A stretch of 29,842 nucleotides of DNA from the IMG/VR virus record IMGVR_UViG_3300025137_000180, positions 1 to 29,842 of that record, one strand, 5' to 3'. This stretch comes from a virus. Its lineage: Duplodnaviria; Caudoviricetes. Below the pieces are notes generated by a model. It was not told where the DNA came from. It saw only the letters and a program-made list of their open reading frames with translations, and ran no database searches. Shown here in pieces: positions 1 to 7,966 of the stretch (the stretch's first letter is position 1; every line of letters starts with the position of its first letter). Both the position numbers and the translations under genes were made by a program.

Positions 1-1
1 A

Positions 2-715
2 CACTCTACGCGCACACTCACACTCGCTAATCTTGGTTACACTGGAGCTACAAATGCTAACTACATAACCAATAACAACCAACTCACCAACGGTGCTGGC
101 TATGTTACTACGGATACTAATACCACATACTCCGCTGGTAGGGGTCTTGACCTTAGCGGAACTCAATTCCAACTAGAGACTGATCTTAGAGATAGTATTA
201 GCTACATTGGTTACGATAGTAATGATTATCTCCAGTGGTCAAACAACAGTTATGTTAGAGCGGTAGTCTCTGGAACAGAGAGATTTAGGGTTAATACTTC
301 TGGTATCGACGTTACGGGAACCGCTACGGCTAACGCATTTAGAACTGATACGGGTAATACTGACTACAACGTAATCAGCAGGAATGGTACTAGCACCACT
401 CTGTGGGTTCAAGCTGCTCAATCAGGGAGTATCCAAGGAATCGCATCATTTAGGTATGGGTCTGCTACCGTTAACCAAGGAACTGAGGTTTGTGCGATAA
501 GAAGGAACTCAAGCTACTTCATTAATACTAAATTGGGAGTCGGAACAAATAATCCTCAAAAAACCCTAGACGTTTCTGGAGATGTGGGTGTTTCTTCTGG
601 GAATATTGAATTCTCAAGTTCTTCTAACGGTGTAATATTGAAATCATCTAATGGATCTAAATGGCGTATCACCGTAAATAATAGTGGCTCGATAAGCACA
701 ACGAATGTTTCCTAA
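2..715 (+). CDS. Tail fibre / receptor-binding protein, C-terminal part (5' truncated by window edge)
   Basis: Frame 2 is open from base 2 to TAA at 713-715, so the track ORF 533..715 is only its tail. It translates as HSTRTLTLANLGYTGATNANYITNNNQLTNGAGY...TTYSAGRGLDLSGT...TERFRVNTSG...LGVGTNNPQKTLDVSG...GVILKSSNGSKWRITVNNSG. These are Gly/Thr/Asn-rich beta-repeat motifs typical of phage fibres. Confidence 0.8.
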   Translation, partial: HSTRTLTLANLGYTGATNANYITNNNQLTNGAGYVTTDTNTTYSAGRGLDLSGTQFQLETDLRDSISYIGYDSNDYLQWSNNSYVRAVVSGTERFRVNTSGIDVTGTATANAFRTDTGNTDYNVISRNGTSTTLWVQAAQSGSIQGIASFRYGSATVNQGTEVCAIRRNSSYFINTKLGVGTNNPQKTLDVSGDVGVSSGNIEFSSSSNGVILKSSNGSKWRITVNNSGSISTTNVS

Positions 716-749
716 AAATATATCAACAAATCAATTAACAAACAAAACA

Positions 750-1115
750 ATGGCTATTCCAAGAAAAACTCCGTTCACCGTTTCACCCACACCAGAAAAA
801 ACTTTTAATTCTGTGTGGGTAAAAAACATTAATATTCACTGCCCCCAGATTAATGAGGTGGGTAATACTGATGGGCATATTACAATTGAATTAGTGCCTT
901 ACGATAGTTCAGACGGTTCTGAGTCAATTTATATTTCTTCGGACACGGAGGGTGTCGAAACTTTAACTGTCCCCAACCCTCCCGAAGCAAATAAATCTTT
1001 TTGGGATTCTGTCAATGAGGTTCCCGAAGTTGCGGCAGCGATGAATGCAATTATTTCTGCGGTAGCCCCACTTAGAACGTGGATCGAAGAACAGAAGGAA
1101 GAGTCTTCCGAATAA
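750..1115 (+). CDS. Hypothetical protein downstream of tail fibre (possible fibre chaperone/accessory), 121 aa
   Basis: ATG at 750 after an A-rich leader (aacaaaacaATG) is preferred over the overlapping 705 start. The protein is acidic; the functional guess rests on position only. Confidence 0.55.
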   Translation: MAIPRKTPFTVSPTPEKTFNSVWVKNINIHCPQINEVGNTDGHITIELVPYDSSDGSESIYISSDTEGVETLTVPNPPEANKSFWDSVNEVPEVAAAMNAIISAVAPLRTWIEEQKEESSE

Positions 1116-1132
1116 GATTTTTTTTTAAAGCC

Positions 1133-1161
1133 TTGAAAAACGAGAGAGGCGACTTTATTTT
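1133..1161 (+). promoter_or_regulatory. Putative sigma70-type promoter, near-leaderless
   Basis: TTGAAA (1133-1138), 17 nt spacer, TATTTT (1156-1161); ATG at 1170 is 8 nt after the -10 element. Confidence 0.45.
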
Positions 1162-1169
1162 AATCAGAT

Positions 1170-1358
1170 ATGACAATTGAACTAACCGACGAAGAACGAA
1201 ATGGCATTATTCAACTCATCGACCTTGCCGTAAAGAACCCTGTATCGGGGGGTCTCAAGGTATCCCAAGCTGCGAGTTTTCTCGCACAAAAATTTGCTGA
1301 CCCCGCCCCTTCGCAAGAAGAGCAAGTGGGGGAAGCACCTAAAATTGAAGAATCGTAA
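1170..1358 (+). CDS. Small hypothetical protein (62 aa), tail region
   Basis: ORF MTIELTDEERNGIIQLIDLAVK... with a helical N-terminus; its stop overlaps the next start (TAATG). Confidence 0.65.
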   Translation: MTIELTDEERNGIIQLIDLAVKNPVSGGLKVSQAASFLAQKFADPAPSQEEQVGEAPKIEES

Positions 1359-2635
1359 TGCCTATACAGAGGAATCAGCCCAGCCCTCAGAGGCAGACTG
1401 TTCTCACATTCGTATCTCCGAATGTGCAGGACTTATTGTTCTTTGAAACTGTTGACGCTCAGAGGGTTGGGAAGAAACCTCCTGCATACGGAACCGCGCA
1501 TCCTGACAAAGTAAATTTTCCTGACCACACTTTAGCATATGTAAAACAAGGAGACCCTAATGGTCAGTTTTATTATTACTATTACGCGAATACAAGGACT
1601 TCTCAGGATGACTACAACTTTGAATATGCTCAATCTAGCTTAGGGCAAACTAAGTTTGATACTGTAGTCAGGACATACATAAGCTTACGCTCTTCTTTTA
1701 CAGAAGACGATAGCACGGTGGTAGCGGGTTCCCCGATGCCTACCGCCCCCGCTGCGGCTAATTTTTCGGGGAAAGGTTATGTGCTAATGGGTCGCCAACA
1801 GAAAAGAATTGGTGACCGTGAGCTAGATGGAATCTTTGTTGTAGAGCAAAGAACCTATTTTGTTAGGGCTACTATCGAGACCCTCAAGTGGGATGACCTC
1901 TCCCACCGGAATCTTAAAAGCGCCTTGAAGTATTACTACACGGGAGAAATACCAACTGGTCAACCTACGGGGCAAACCAAAACAATTGATGAGCTTATCT
2001 TAGATCCAGATAATGCGTGGTGGAGTACGGCACTCGTCACACACGATGCCGAGTCTAATTTAAAAGTCGCTGCTTACAGAGAAGGGAGACAGATATCCAC
2101 TGATTGGTATGAAGTTGTAAAGCAAGAAACTATTGCTGGGGTGGGCGCTGGTAACACGATTCTAGTGGATGAGTATTTTACCAGCATGGATCACACGTTC
2201 CCACCTGTTTTAGAGAGTATAAATGTTATTGGTTACGAGCGACATGATGGACAGGTCTTAGCTTTCCCTGAGTATCACATGAACCCCGAAGCATATAGAG
2301 GTCCGTGTAAGACTAAAGTAACAGTTGAGTATTCCCCTTCTAAGTTCACTGGGGTAGAAGCAAAAGCAATGGTCCCACAATCCTTCACTTTTGGAACTCC
2401 CTACGTTCGTATTTCCATCCCACCATGTCTAATGAACGGAGGGGGACTTGTCTGCTCAACTGGAACAGAAGATCCAGTTTACAAATACACTGTTTATAAA
2501 AAGAAATTACCTGTAACTACCCCGCCTAATTTAAAACAAATAGCTACTACGGGTCTTGTTGCTAGAGATAAACAAGAACCTTCTAGGGGTGGTTATGTGA
2601 GAACTACTTGGACGGTCTTCCCACCCCAATTTTAG
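1358..2635 (+). CDS. Putative virion structural (tail-associated) protein, 425 aa
   Basis: Long ORF with Pro/Thr/Tyr/Val-rich, beta-type composition, translationally coupled within the tail module. No catalytic motif recognised. Confidence 0.55.
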   Translation: MPIQRNQPSPQRQTVLTFVSPNVQDLLFFETVDAQRVGKKPPAYGTAHPDKVNFPDHTLAYVKQGDPNGQFYYYYYANTRTSQDDYNFEYAQSSLGQTKFDTVVRTYISLRSSFTEDDSTVVAGSPMPTAPAAANFSGKGYVLMGRQQKRIGDRELDGIFVVEQRTYFVRATIETLKWDDLSHRNLKSALKYYYTGEIPTGQPTGQTKTIDELILDPDNAWWSTALVTHDAESNLKVAAYREGRQISTDWYEVVKQETIAGVGAGNTILVDEYFTSMDHTFPPVLESINVIGYERHDGQVLAFPEYHMNPEAYRGPCKTKVTVEYSPSKFTGVEAKAMVPQSFTFGTPYVRISIPPCLMNGGGLVCSTGTEDPVYKYTVYKKKLPVTTPPNLKQIATTGLVARDKQEPSRGGYVRTTWTVFPPQF

Positions 2636-2637
2636 TA

Positions 2638-4923
2638 ATGGCCAGAGAAGGATTTTTTCAAAAGATAAAGAACTTTCTCTTTGGAGAAAGCGAAGAAGCT
2701 ATCAATGAGTTCTCACAACCAGAAGAAGCTGATGTTTCGATTCAAGATGCTGAGATTTCAGAGATCCCTTCTTTTAAGTTTTCTCCGACGACAGAAGGAA
2801 CATCAGATGCTCCCGCTGAGTTTTATACTCATAGAGTGGATGTGGGTAGAGAAGCGCCACCTATTCCCGAGCAGTATCGAGTAGAACACGAACCTTACAG
2901 ATACGAACCAGACGGGGATAGGACGGTGTGTATTTCAAAAGCACACTTATATGAGATGCACCCTAAAAGTGGACTTTGTGTGGAGATGCACCCGTTAGAA
3001 CCTTTAGAAATAAAAGCGGATCGGGAGTGTGTTATATATTCAGAATTCAATACTGACGAGCAAGGGAAAGTAATAGCAGATCCAGATAACCCAGATGGGG
3101 CGCTGTATAGACTCGTGAAAGGAAAGAGTCTACCAGACTCCATACAGTTTGAACTACCCGATGAGAGTGGGTCTGGTGGGAAGGAAGGGAAATACGCTGT
3201 CCCCATTGTTTGGGTGAAGGATGGGAAGCTATATCGACACCAGTGGAATGAAGAAAAAGACCGCAGACAAGCTAGGTTATATGGCGGGCTAGAAGGAATT
3301 AGGGGTCCACTCCATTGGCACAGGGGCTATAATAAAATAAAAAACTTAGGGAGCGGTAAAAATGTTTACAAGAAATATGTCCGAGATGGCAAAGATGAAA
3401 AAGAATTTAGGAGTATAAATGAACGGTCGCAGTCCGGCCTTTCATCCCCATTTACAGGAGAGGCTCAAGTAAAAGTAAAGTATGACGCTGCTCAAGCAGA
3501 TGCCTCTGAAATTCATGTCACGGGAAATGAATTCAACAAGCATTGGAAAATAGATGGTAAGGGTGTTGCGGTTGTCGAAGACGGACTCGTTACCTGTTTA
3601 AATGACCTTACTTGTGTAGAGCTTAACAAGACTACTGTTCTATCTTCCGCATCAGGAACTACTACAGTTTTAACGGCAGGATCGACAACTTCTGTAGCTC
3701 AAGCGCCCAGCGCTACTCAATTTACAACAGTCCTAACTAGTGCTGGAACGGTCACTGTAGCCTTGGAACCTCAACCTAGTAACATGGCTACTGTCGTGTC
3801 GGCTGGGGCAGTAACCACTGCCGCCGCTCCAGTTACAGCAGGGAACTTGGATACTGTTGTCGGGGTTGCGGATGTGACGTATTCAACTACTGCCGCGCCC
3901 GTCACCACAGGTAATTTTACTTCAGTCGTAGCGACTGCTACAACTACTACGGTAGCGGCTGCAACTACGTCTGCGGATACAACTTCTGTTCTTGAATACA
4001 TTGAAACAACTACGGTTGCCGCGCCCGTCACAACAGGTAATTTTACTTCAGTCGTAGCGACTGCCACAACTACAACTGTAGCGGCTGGTGTTACAACTGG
4101 TAACATGGCTTCCGTTCTATCTTCCTCTTCGACCACACCTGTCGCATTGGCTCCTGATTCGACAACTGACATGGTAACGGATGTTTGGCGTGGTGGGGGA
4201 GCTACTGCGGGTGGTGGTATGACCCCTGTTAAAGTAGCGGGTTGTGGGACAACTGATTCTTATGGTAATTACACGCAAGGTGATTGTGTTTGGGTTCTAG
4301 GTGTTGAAGCAACAGGACAATATGCAGATACTGCCCCGACATTCCCGAGTTTAATTACAGGAGCTTCCACTACGAGCGTTGTTAAATCACTAAGCACCAC
4401 TAGTGTGGTAGATGCCGGAAGTCCGGTAAGCGTGGTGCAATCTGTTCCAACAACTACGGTTCTTAATGCAGCAACCCCTGTAACTGTTGTGCAAGATGTT
4501 CCGACAACCACTAACTACATTGTTTCACACCCGATCAGTGTTCTTAAATCTGTCCCAACAACTACGGTTCTTAATTCGGTAGCTACTACTACTGTAGTTC
4601 AAGCTGTTCCCACACACGAATTTGTTTATCAAGTAGCTCTTGAGCCTAGTTTAACCGTTGTTACTTCCACTACAGGAGTGAGTGTTCTTTCTTCCGGTTC
4701 AACAGTATCTGTTGTTGCTAGTTTACCCACAACAGCCGTAGCTACGGCAGGAAACACGGTTCAAGTGGTAAAAGACTTGACTCCCGTAAATGTTATTACC
4801 TCAACTAATACCACAGCCGTTCTTACTGCCGGAACAACTGTAGAAGTTTACGCTCCAACGGGCAGTCTTAGTGAACCCATTAAGGTGGTTGAATGCCCCA
4901 CAAGTAGCCTGTGTCCAGAATAG
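2638..4923 (+). CDS. Putative tail spike/fibre-like protein with long Thr/Val-rich repeat stalk, 761 aa
   Basis: ATG at 2638 follows the upstream TAG. Globular N-terminal half includes the fibre-like motif KNLGSGKNVY...EFRSI. The C-terminal ~440 aa are T/V/S/A-rich repeats with Cys pairs at the start, centre and end. Confidence 0.65.
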   Translation: MAREGFFQKIKNFLFGESEEAINEFSQPEEADVSIQDAEISEIPSFKFSPTTEGTSDAPAEFYTHRVDVGREAPPIPEQYRVEHEPYRYEPDGDRTVCISKAHLYEMHPKSGLCVEMHPLEPLEIKADRECVIYSEFNTDEQGKVIADPDNPDGALYRLVKGKSLPDSIQFELPDESGSGGKEGKYAVPIVWVKDGKLYRHQWNEEKDRRQARLYGGLEGIRGPLHWHRGYNKIKNLGSGKNVYKKYVRDGKDEKEFRSINERSQSGLSSPFTGEAQVKVKYDAAQADASEIHVTGNEFNKHWKIDGKGVAVVEDGLVTCLNDLTCVELNKTTVLSSASGTTTVLTAGSTTSVAQAPSATQFTTVLTSAGTVTVALEPQPSNMATVVSAGAVTTAAAPVTAGNLDTVVGVADVTYSTTAAPVTTGNFTSVVATATTTTVAAATTSADTTSVLEYIETTTVAAPVTTGNFTSVVATATTTTVAAGVTTGNMASVLSSSSTTPVALAPDSTTDMVTDVWRGGGATAGGGMTPVKVAGCGTTDSYGNYTQGDCVWVLGVEATGQYADTAPTFPSLITGASTTSVVKSLSTTSVVDAGSPVSVVQSVPTTTVLNAATPVTVVQDVPTTTNYIVSHPISVLKSVPTTTVLNSVATTTVVQAVPTHEFVYQVALEPSLTVVTSTTGVSVLSSGSTVSVVASLPTTAVATAGNTVQVVKDLTPVNVITSTNTTAVLTAGTTVEVYAPTGSLSEPIKVVECPTSSLCPE
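3892..4086 (+). repeat. Intragenic direct repeat, 69 bp x2, 126-bp period
   Basis: gccgcgcccgtcac(c/a)acaggtaattttacttcagtcgtagcgactgc...gtagcggct at 3892-3960 and 4018-4086, encoding AAPVTTGNFTSVVATATTTTVAA twice. Confidence 0.9.
4441..4575 (+). repeat. Intragenic direct repeat, 27 bp x2, 108-bp period
   Basis: tctgt(t/c)ccaacaactacggttcttaat at 4441-4467 and 4549-4575, encoding SVPTTTVLN twice. Confidence 0.85.
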
Positions 4924-4941
4924 GTCAGATTGGCCCATACC

Positions 4942-4970
4942 TTGACTATTAGTGCTTTTTCCATTAAAGT
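4942..4970 (+). promoter_or_regulatory. Putative sigma70-type leaderless promoter
   Basis: TTGACT (4942-4947), 17 nt spacer, TAAAGT (4965-4970); ATG at 4976 is 5 nt downstream; no Shine-Dalgarno. Confidence 0.6.
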
Positions 4971-4975
4971 AGGGT

Positions 4976-5926
4976 ATGGCTACCCTTACAGTAGCGGGAG
5001 TTGAAGAAGCCCTGTCAAAGTTTAAATCCGTTGGTTCCTCATTTACGCAGGAACTTAATCTAGTATTGCCCCGTTTGTATGCAATGGGGATGTGGCGTGA
5101 TCTCCTGTATGAAACGACCATATCTACTACAGATGGTAATTTTACGCTGCCAGATGATGCGGAGGCAATTGTCTCGGCTCTTATGGACAACGATCCGGTC
5201 AAAGCGCAAAGTCAATTCCACGATTATAGGATCACCGGAAGAAACAGAGAAGGCATTACTTTAGCTGGTTTTGGTATTATTGACGATGGGTTAGCCCCGA
5301 CAGTCAACGAACTAGAAGCGGGTAAAACTTATAATCTTCATGTTATGCCTGTTGGGCCACAACAATCTATCCCTAGAACTAGTAGTAATTTTATTACTGT
5401 GACGGGACTAAACAGTAGCTCCGCAGTAGAGACCTATAGCCCCACTTTTGATACGTCCGCTGCTACTACTTCTTCTACTACTGCATTTACATCTGTTACA
5501 GAAATTAGGAATGGAGATTCTTCCCTTAAAGATCCGGTAAAAATTGTAGCTATTAATGTGGCCGATACTTCAGATAGGCTTGAATTAGGCACTGTTCAAG
5601 AAGCTAATACAGTAAACGCATACCGAAGATATAGAATATCGAATAGTTCTTCTGTTAAGAAGACATTGCGTGTTTTAGTTAAACGGAAGTTCAAACAGCT
5701 CATTAACTCTTCTGACACAGTTAGGCCGAGCAATCTTAACGCCATTAAACACGGTCTTCTCGGTAGTGTGGCTGAAGAAAATGCAGACCTTGAACGCGCA
5801 AATTACCATTGGAACGTGTGTAAACAATTACTCGACGAAGAGTTAGATGCGTATCGAGGAGAAGCCAAACCAGTTTTACGATTTGATCCCAGTGGATCGG
5901 GATCAAGAATACCTAACCTACTATAA
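4976..5926 (+). CDS. Putative head-tail adaptor / tail tubular protein A-like, 316 aa
   Basis: N-terminal helices (ELNLVLPRLY...W), a FTLPDD motif, a beta-rich middle and C-terminal helices (AIKHGLLG...ERANYHW...LLDEEL). This layout is typical of podovirus-type adaptor proteins. Confidence 0.55.
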   Translation: MATLTVAGVEEALSKFKSVGSSFTQELNLVLPRLYAMGMWRDLLYETTISTTDGNFTLPDDAEAIVSALMDNDPVKAQSQFHDYRITGRNREGITLAGFGIIDDGLAPTVNELEAGKTYNLHVMPVGPQQSIPRTSSNFITVTGLNSSSAVETYSPTFDTSAATTSSTTAFTSVTEIRNGDSSLKDPVKIVAINVADTSDRLELGTVQEANTVNAYRRYRISNSSSVKKTLRVLVKRKFKQLINSSDTVRPSNLNAIKHGLLGSVAEENADLERANYHWNVCKQLLDEELDAYRGEAKPVLRFDPSGSGSRIPNLL

Positions 5927-5929
5927 ACC

Positions 5930-6106
5930 ATGATTAATTATATTTTAGAAAACCGCGACAGTCTTATTTCCATTGCCACTACTGTAGTGGCAGCGGCATC
6001 TGCAATTTGCGCCCTGACCCCTACACCTAAAGACGATGGGATCGTGCGAAAGCTATACCTCGTACTTGAATGGGCGGCGTTAAATGTCGGGAAAGCGAAG
6101 AAATAA
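5930..6106 (+). CDS. Holin-like membrane protein, 58 aa (not in ORF track)
   Basis: Manually translated: MINYILENRDSLISIATTVVAAASAICALTPTPKDDGIVRKLYLVLEWAALNVGKAKK. It has a hydrophobic helix, an ALTPTPKDD motif common in small phage lysis-cassette membrane proteins, and a basic C-terminus. Confidence 0.7.
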   Translation: MINYILENRDSLISIATTVVAAASAICALTPTPKDDGIVRKLYLVLEWAALNVGKAKK

Positions 6107-6107
6107 A

Positions 6108-6293
6108 ATGATCAGGGCAATCGCCGCCGCATTAGAGGCTTATGTGCTATACATAAAACTAAAACATCGAAGATATGTTTATGAACTTGAAGATGAGATT
6201 GATGAGCTTGCTTCCGACGGTAGCCCTGCTGCAAAGTTGCGGCTGGAGCGGGTTGCGAAACGACTCCACCGCGAACTCAAGCGGACTGTATGA
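6108..6293 (+). CDS. Putative inner-membrane spanin (Rz-like), 61 aa
   Basis: ATG at 6108. Apolar N-terminal segment IRAIAAALEAYVLYI followed by a coiled-coil-like helix; overlapped out of frame by a lipoprotein gene; lies in the lysis cassette. Confidence 0.5.
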   Translation: MIRAIAAALEAYVLYIKLKHRRYVYELEDEIDELASDGSPAAKLRLERVAKRLHRELKRTV

Positions 6294-6423
6294 TCCTCCT
6301 ACGATCACTCTAATAGAAGGAACTCAATACCATTTTGTAGAGGGGGTATTGACGGGTAGGGAAGATCACAAATTCCACAGTGATTATAGCTACCGGAGAG
6401 CAATTATAATTGGAAACAAATGA
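6181..6423 (+). CDS. Putative outer-membrane lipoprotein spanin (Rz1-like); start at 6181 or 6193
   Basis: MNLKMRLMSLLPTVALLQS-C: basic N-region, hydrophobic core and lipobox-like LQSC, followed by a Ser/Gly linker and a DPP segment. It overlaps the upstream gene in a different frame. Confidence 0.55.
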   Translation: MNLKMRLMSLLPTVALLQSCGWSGLRNDSTANSSGLYDPPTITLIEGTQYHFVEGVLTGREDHKFHSDYSYRRAIIIGNK

Positions 6424-6593
6424 ATTCTTCTAAACTAATCGATACCCTTTTAGGGACTATAACCCCAACTATAGCCGTAGCAGCATCTATGCAAGAGCAA
6501 ATGGAGTATTGGCTCCGAGTAATATCTTTAATACTGGGCATCGCAGTAGCTGCGGTATCTCTCTATAGGTTAATTTTTAAGTATAAGAAATGA
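6420..6593 (+). CDS. Holin-like membrane protein, 57 aa (not in ORF track)
   Basis: Manually translated: MNSSKLIDTLLGTITPTIAVAASMQEQMEYWLRVISLILGIAVAAVSLYRLIFKYKK. One or two TM helices and a Lys-rich C-terminus; ATGA-coupled to both neighbours; immediately before the endolysin. Confidence 0.7.
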   Translation: MNSSKLIDTLLGTITPTIAVAASMQEQMEYWLRVISLILGIAVAAVSLYRLIFKYKK

Positions 6594-7138
6594 TAGGGTT
6601 GGCTATAGGACACTCAAGGAGGGGGGACTCCGGCGCTTACACAGTTGGTAAGCCCAGCGTTAGTGAACACACGTTCAACACCGAATTGATTTCGTTAATT
6701 ATACCGAAACTAAAAGTTCCGTATAAGGTATATGGTGACTACAAAGCGTCTAGTTATGTTGGAGCAATGAATTATGTGTCCCGAAAAATGAGGGAGGATG
6801 GTATAGATGCTTGCATAGAACTCCATTTTAATTCTGCTGGGCCAAAAGCAACCGGACATGAATGGTTATATTGGGAGACTAGTAGGGGTGGAAAAAAATT
6901 AGCTTTGAAATTGAAGGAAGCAATGGACGAAGCTTACCCCGATTTAGCTTCTCGTGGGGTAAAAGCAAGGGGTAAGGGATCAAGAGGGGCTATGTTTCTC
7001 CGTAAGACTCCTTGCTATGCTTGTATCGCGGAGCCATTCTTTGGATCTAATCAATCTGATGTGGATCTAATACAATCAGATTTAGATAAGTTAGCTTCCG
7101 TTTATGCCGAAGGAATAAATAAATTCTACGACAAATGA
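6590..7138 (+). CDS. Endolysin, N-acetylmuramoyl-L-alanine amidase (Amidase_3 family)
   Basis: Zn-ligand and catalytic motifs AIGH, SEH.FN, IELHFNS, GHE and IAEPFFGSN..D. Confidence 0.9.
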   Translation: MIGLAIGHSRRGDSGAYTVGKPSVSEHTFNTELISLIIPKLKVPYKVYGDYKASSYVGAMNYVSRKMREDGIDACIELHFNSAGPKATGHEWLYWETSRGGKKLALKLKEAMDEAYPDLASRGVKARGKGSRGAMFLRKTPCYACIAEPFFGSNQSDVDLIQSDLDKLASVYAEGINKFYDK

Positions 7139-7437
7139 CGATCCCCAAAAGTATACGGGTAGCGGGGCAGACAATTAAGATTCGTTTTTCGGATCTCAGT
7201 GACGAAGACTTGTATGGATACTACAGTCACGAGCGAAAGATTATTTTTATTTCGGAACATTTAGAAGGGAAAGCTCTTTTAAGCACTGTTCGCCATGAGT
7301 TGATGGAAGCATCACTATGCCTGTCAGGGGTGGGATTTTGCGAGACCTTTGAGCAGGAAGCTGTGGTGCGGTGTATGGATGAAGTTTTCTTTCCTGCCTA
7401 CGAGCGTTTGTTGAAACGAGTAGGAAAGGATGAGTAG
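7135..7437 (+). CDS. Small zincin/ImmA-IrrE-like protein with variant HExxE motif
   Basis: LYGYY...IIFIS...LSTVRHELMEA...EQEAVV matches the layout of small phage metallopeptidase-like proteins, but Glu replaces the second His. Confidence 0.5.
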   Translation: MTIPKSIRVAGQTIKIRFSDLSDEDLYGYYSHERKIIFISEHLEGKALLSTVRHELMEASLCLSGVGFCETFEQEAVVRCMDEVFFPAYERLLKRVGKDE

Positions 7438-7966
7438 GAAAAAGTTACCAAAACATTTCAAAAGAGCCAACGGTATGTTGGTCTTTTCACCGACGAGCGA
7501 CCATGTAAAAGAAGCTTTTGAACGGAGTGAAAAACTTGGTATTCTCCCAAATTCTTTTACGAGGGGCGCGGGACGGATGACTGGGTTTTTAGGTGAGGTT
7601 GCCTTTGAATGTTTATATCCCCAAGCTATTTATGAGGGGGGTGAATCTTTTAAACATGATTATGTTCTCGGTAACCGGACGATAGACATCAAATCAAAAA
7701 GCTGTGCTGGGATTCCGCAACCCCACTACACAGCTTCTGTTAATTGTCCCGAGGGAAAAAAGCTACCTGCCAAAGCTTACTTTTTCGTTCGCGTCCGAAA
7801 AGATTTCCAAAAAGCTTGGCTTCTTGGTTGGGCTACGGCACTGGCTATTCAGAGAAAAGCTGATTACAAACTTCGGGGTGAACCCGATGAATACGGATTT
7901 ACCTATAAAGTGGATGGGTATCATTTACCAATTGCTGCTCTCAGAAAGGCTGGTTCTCTAAAGTAA
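7430..7966 (+). CDS. PD-(D/E)xK restriction-endonuclease-fold protein
   Basis: GFLGEVAF...HDYVL...IDIKSK gives an E...D...D-x-K catalytic pattern, followed by YFFVRV...WLLGW. Confidence 0.55.
   Translation: MSRKKLPKHFKRANGMLVFSPTSDHVKEAFERSEKLGILPNSFTRGAGRMTGFLGEVAFECLYPQAIYEGGESFKHDYVLGNRTIDIKSKSCAGIPQPHYTASVNCPEGKKLPAKAYFFVRVRKDFQKAWLLGWATALAIQRKADYKLRGEPDEYGFTYKVDGYHLPIAALRKAGSLK

Noticed and set aside
1116-1128. T-run after the 750..1115 gene as an intrinsic terminator
   Set aside because: No convincing GC-rich stem precedes the T tract.
3771-4511. Minus-strand Val-rich ORFs (3771..4172, 4269..4511)
   Set aside because: They are antisense shadows of the Thr-rich repeat region: ACN codons read as Val/Ser-rich sequence with few stops on the other strand.
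3892-4575. Direct repeats as a diversity-generating retroelement template/variable pair
   Set aside because: No reverse transcriptase in the window. The differences are synonymous third-position changes, not adenine-specific, and both copies are in the same ORF.
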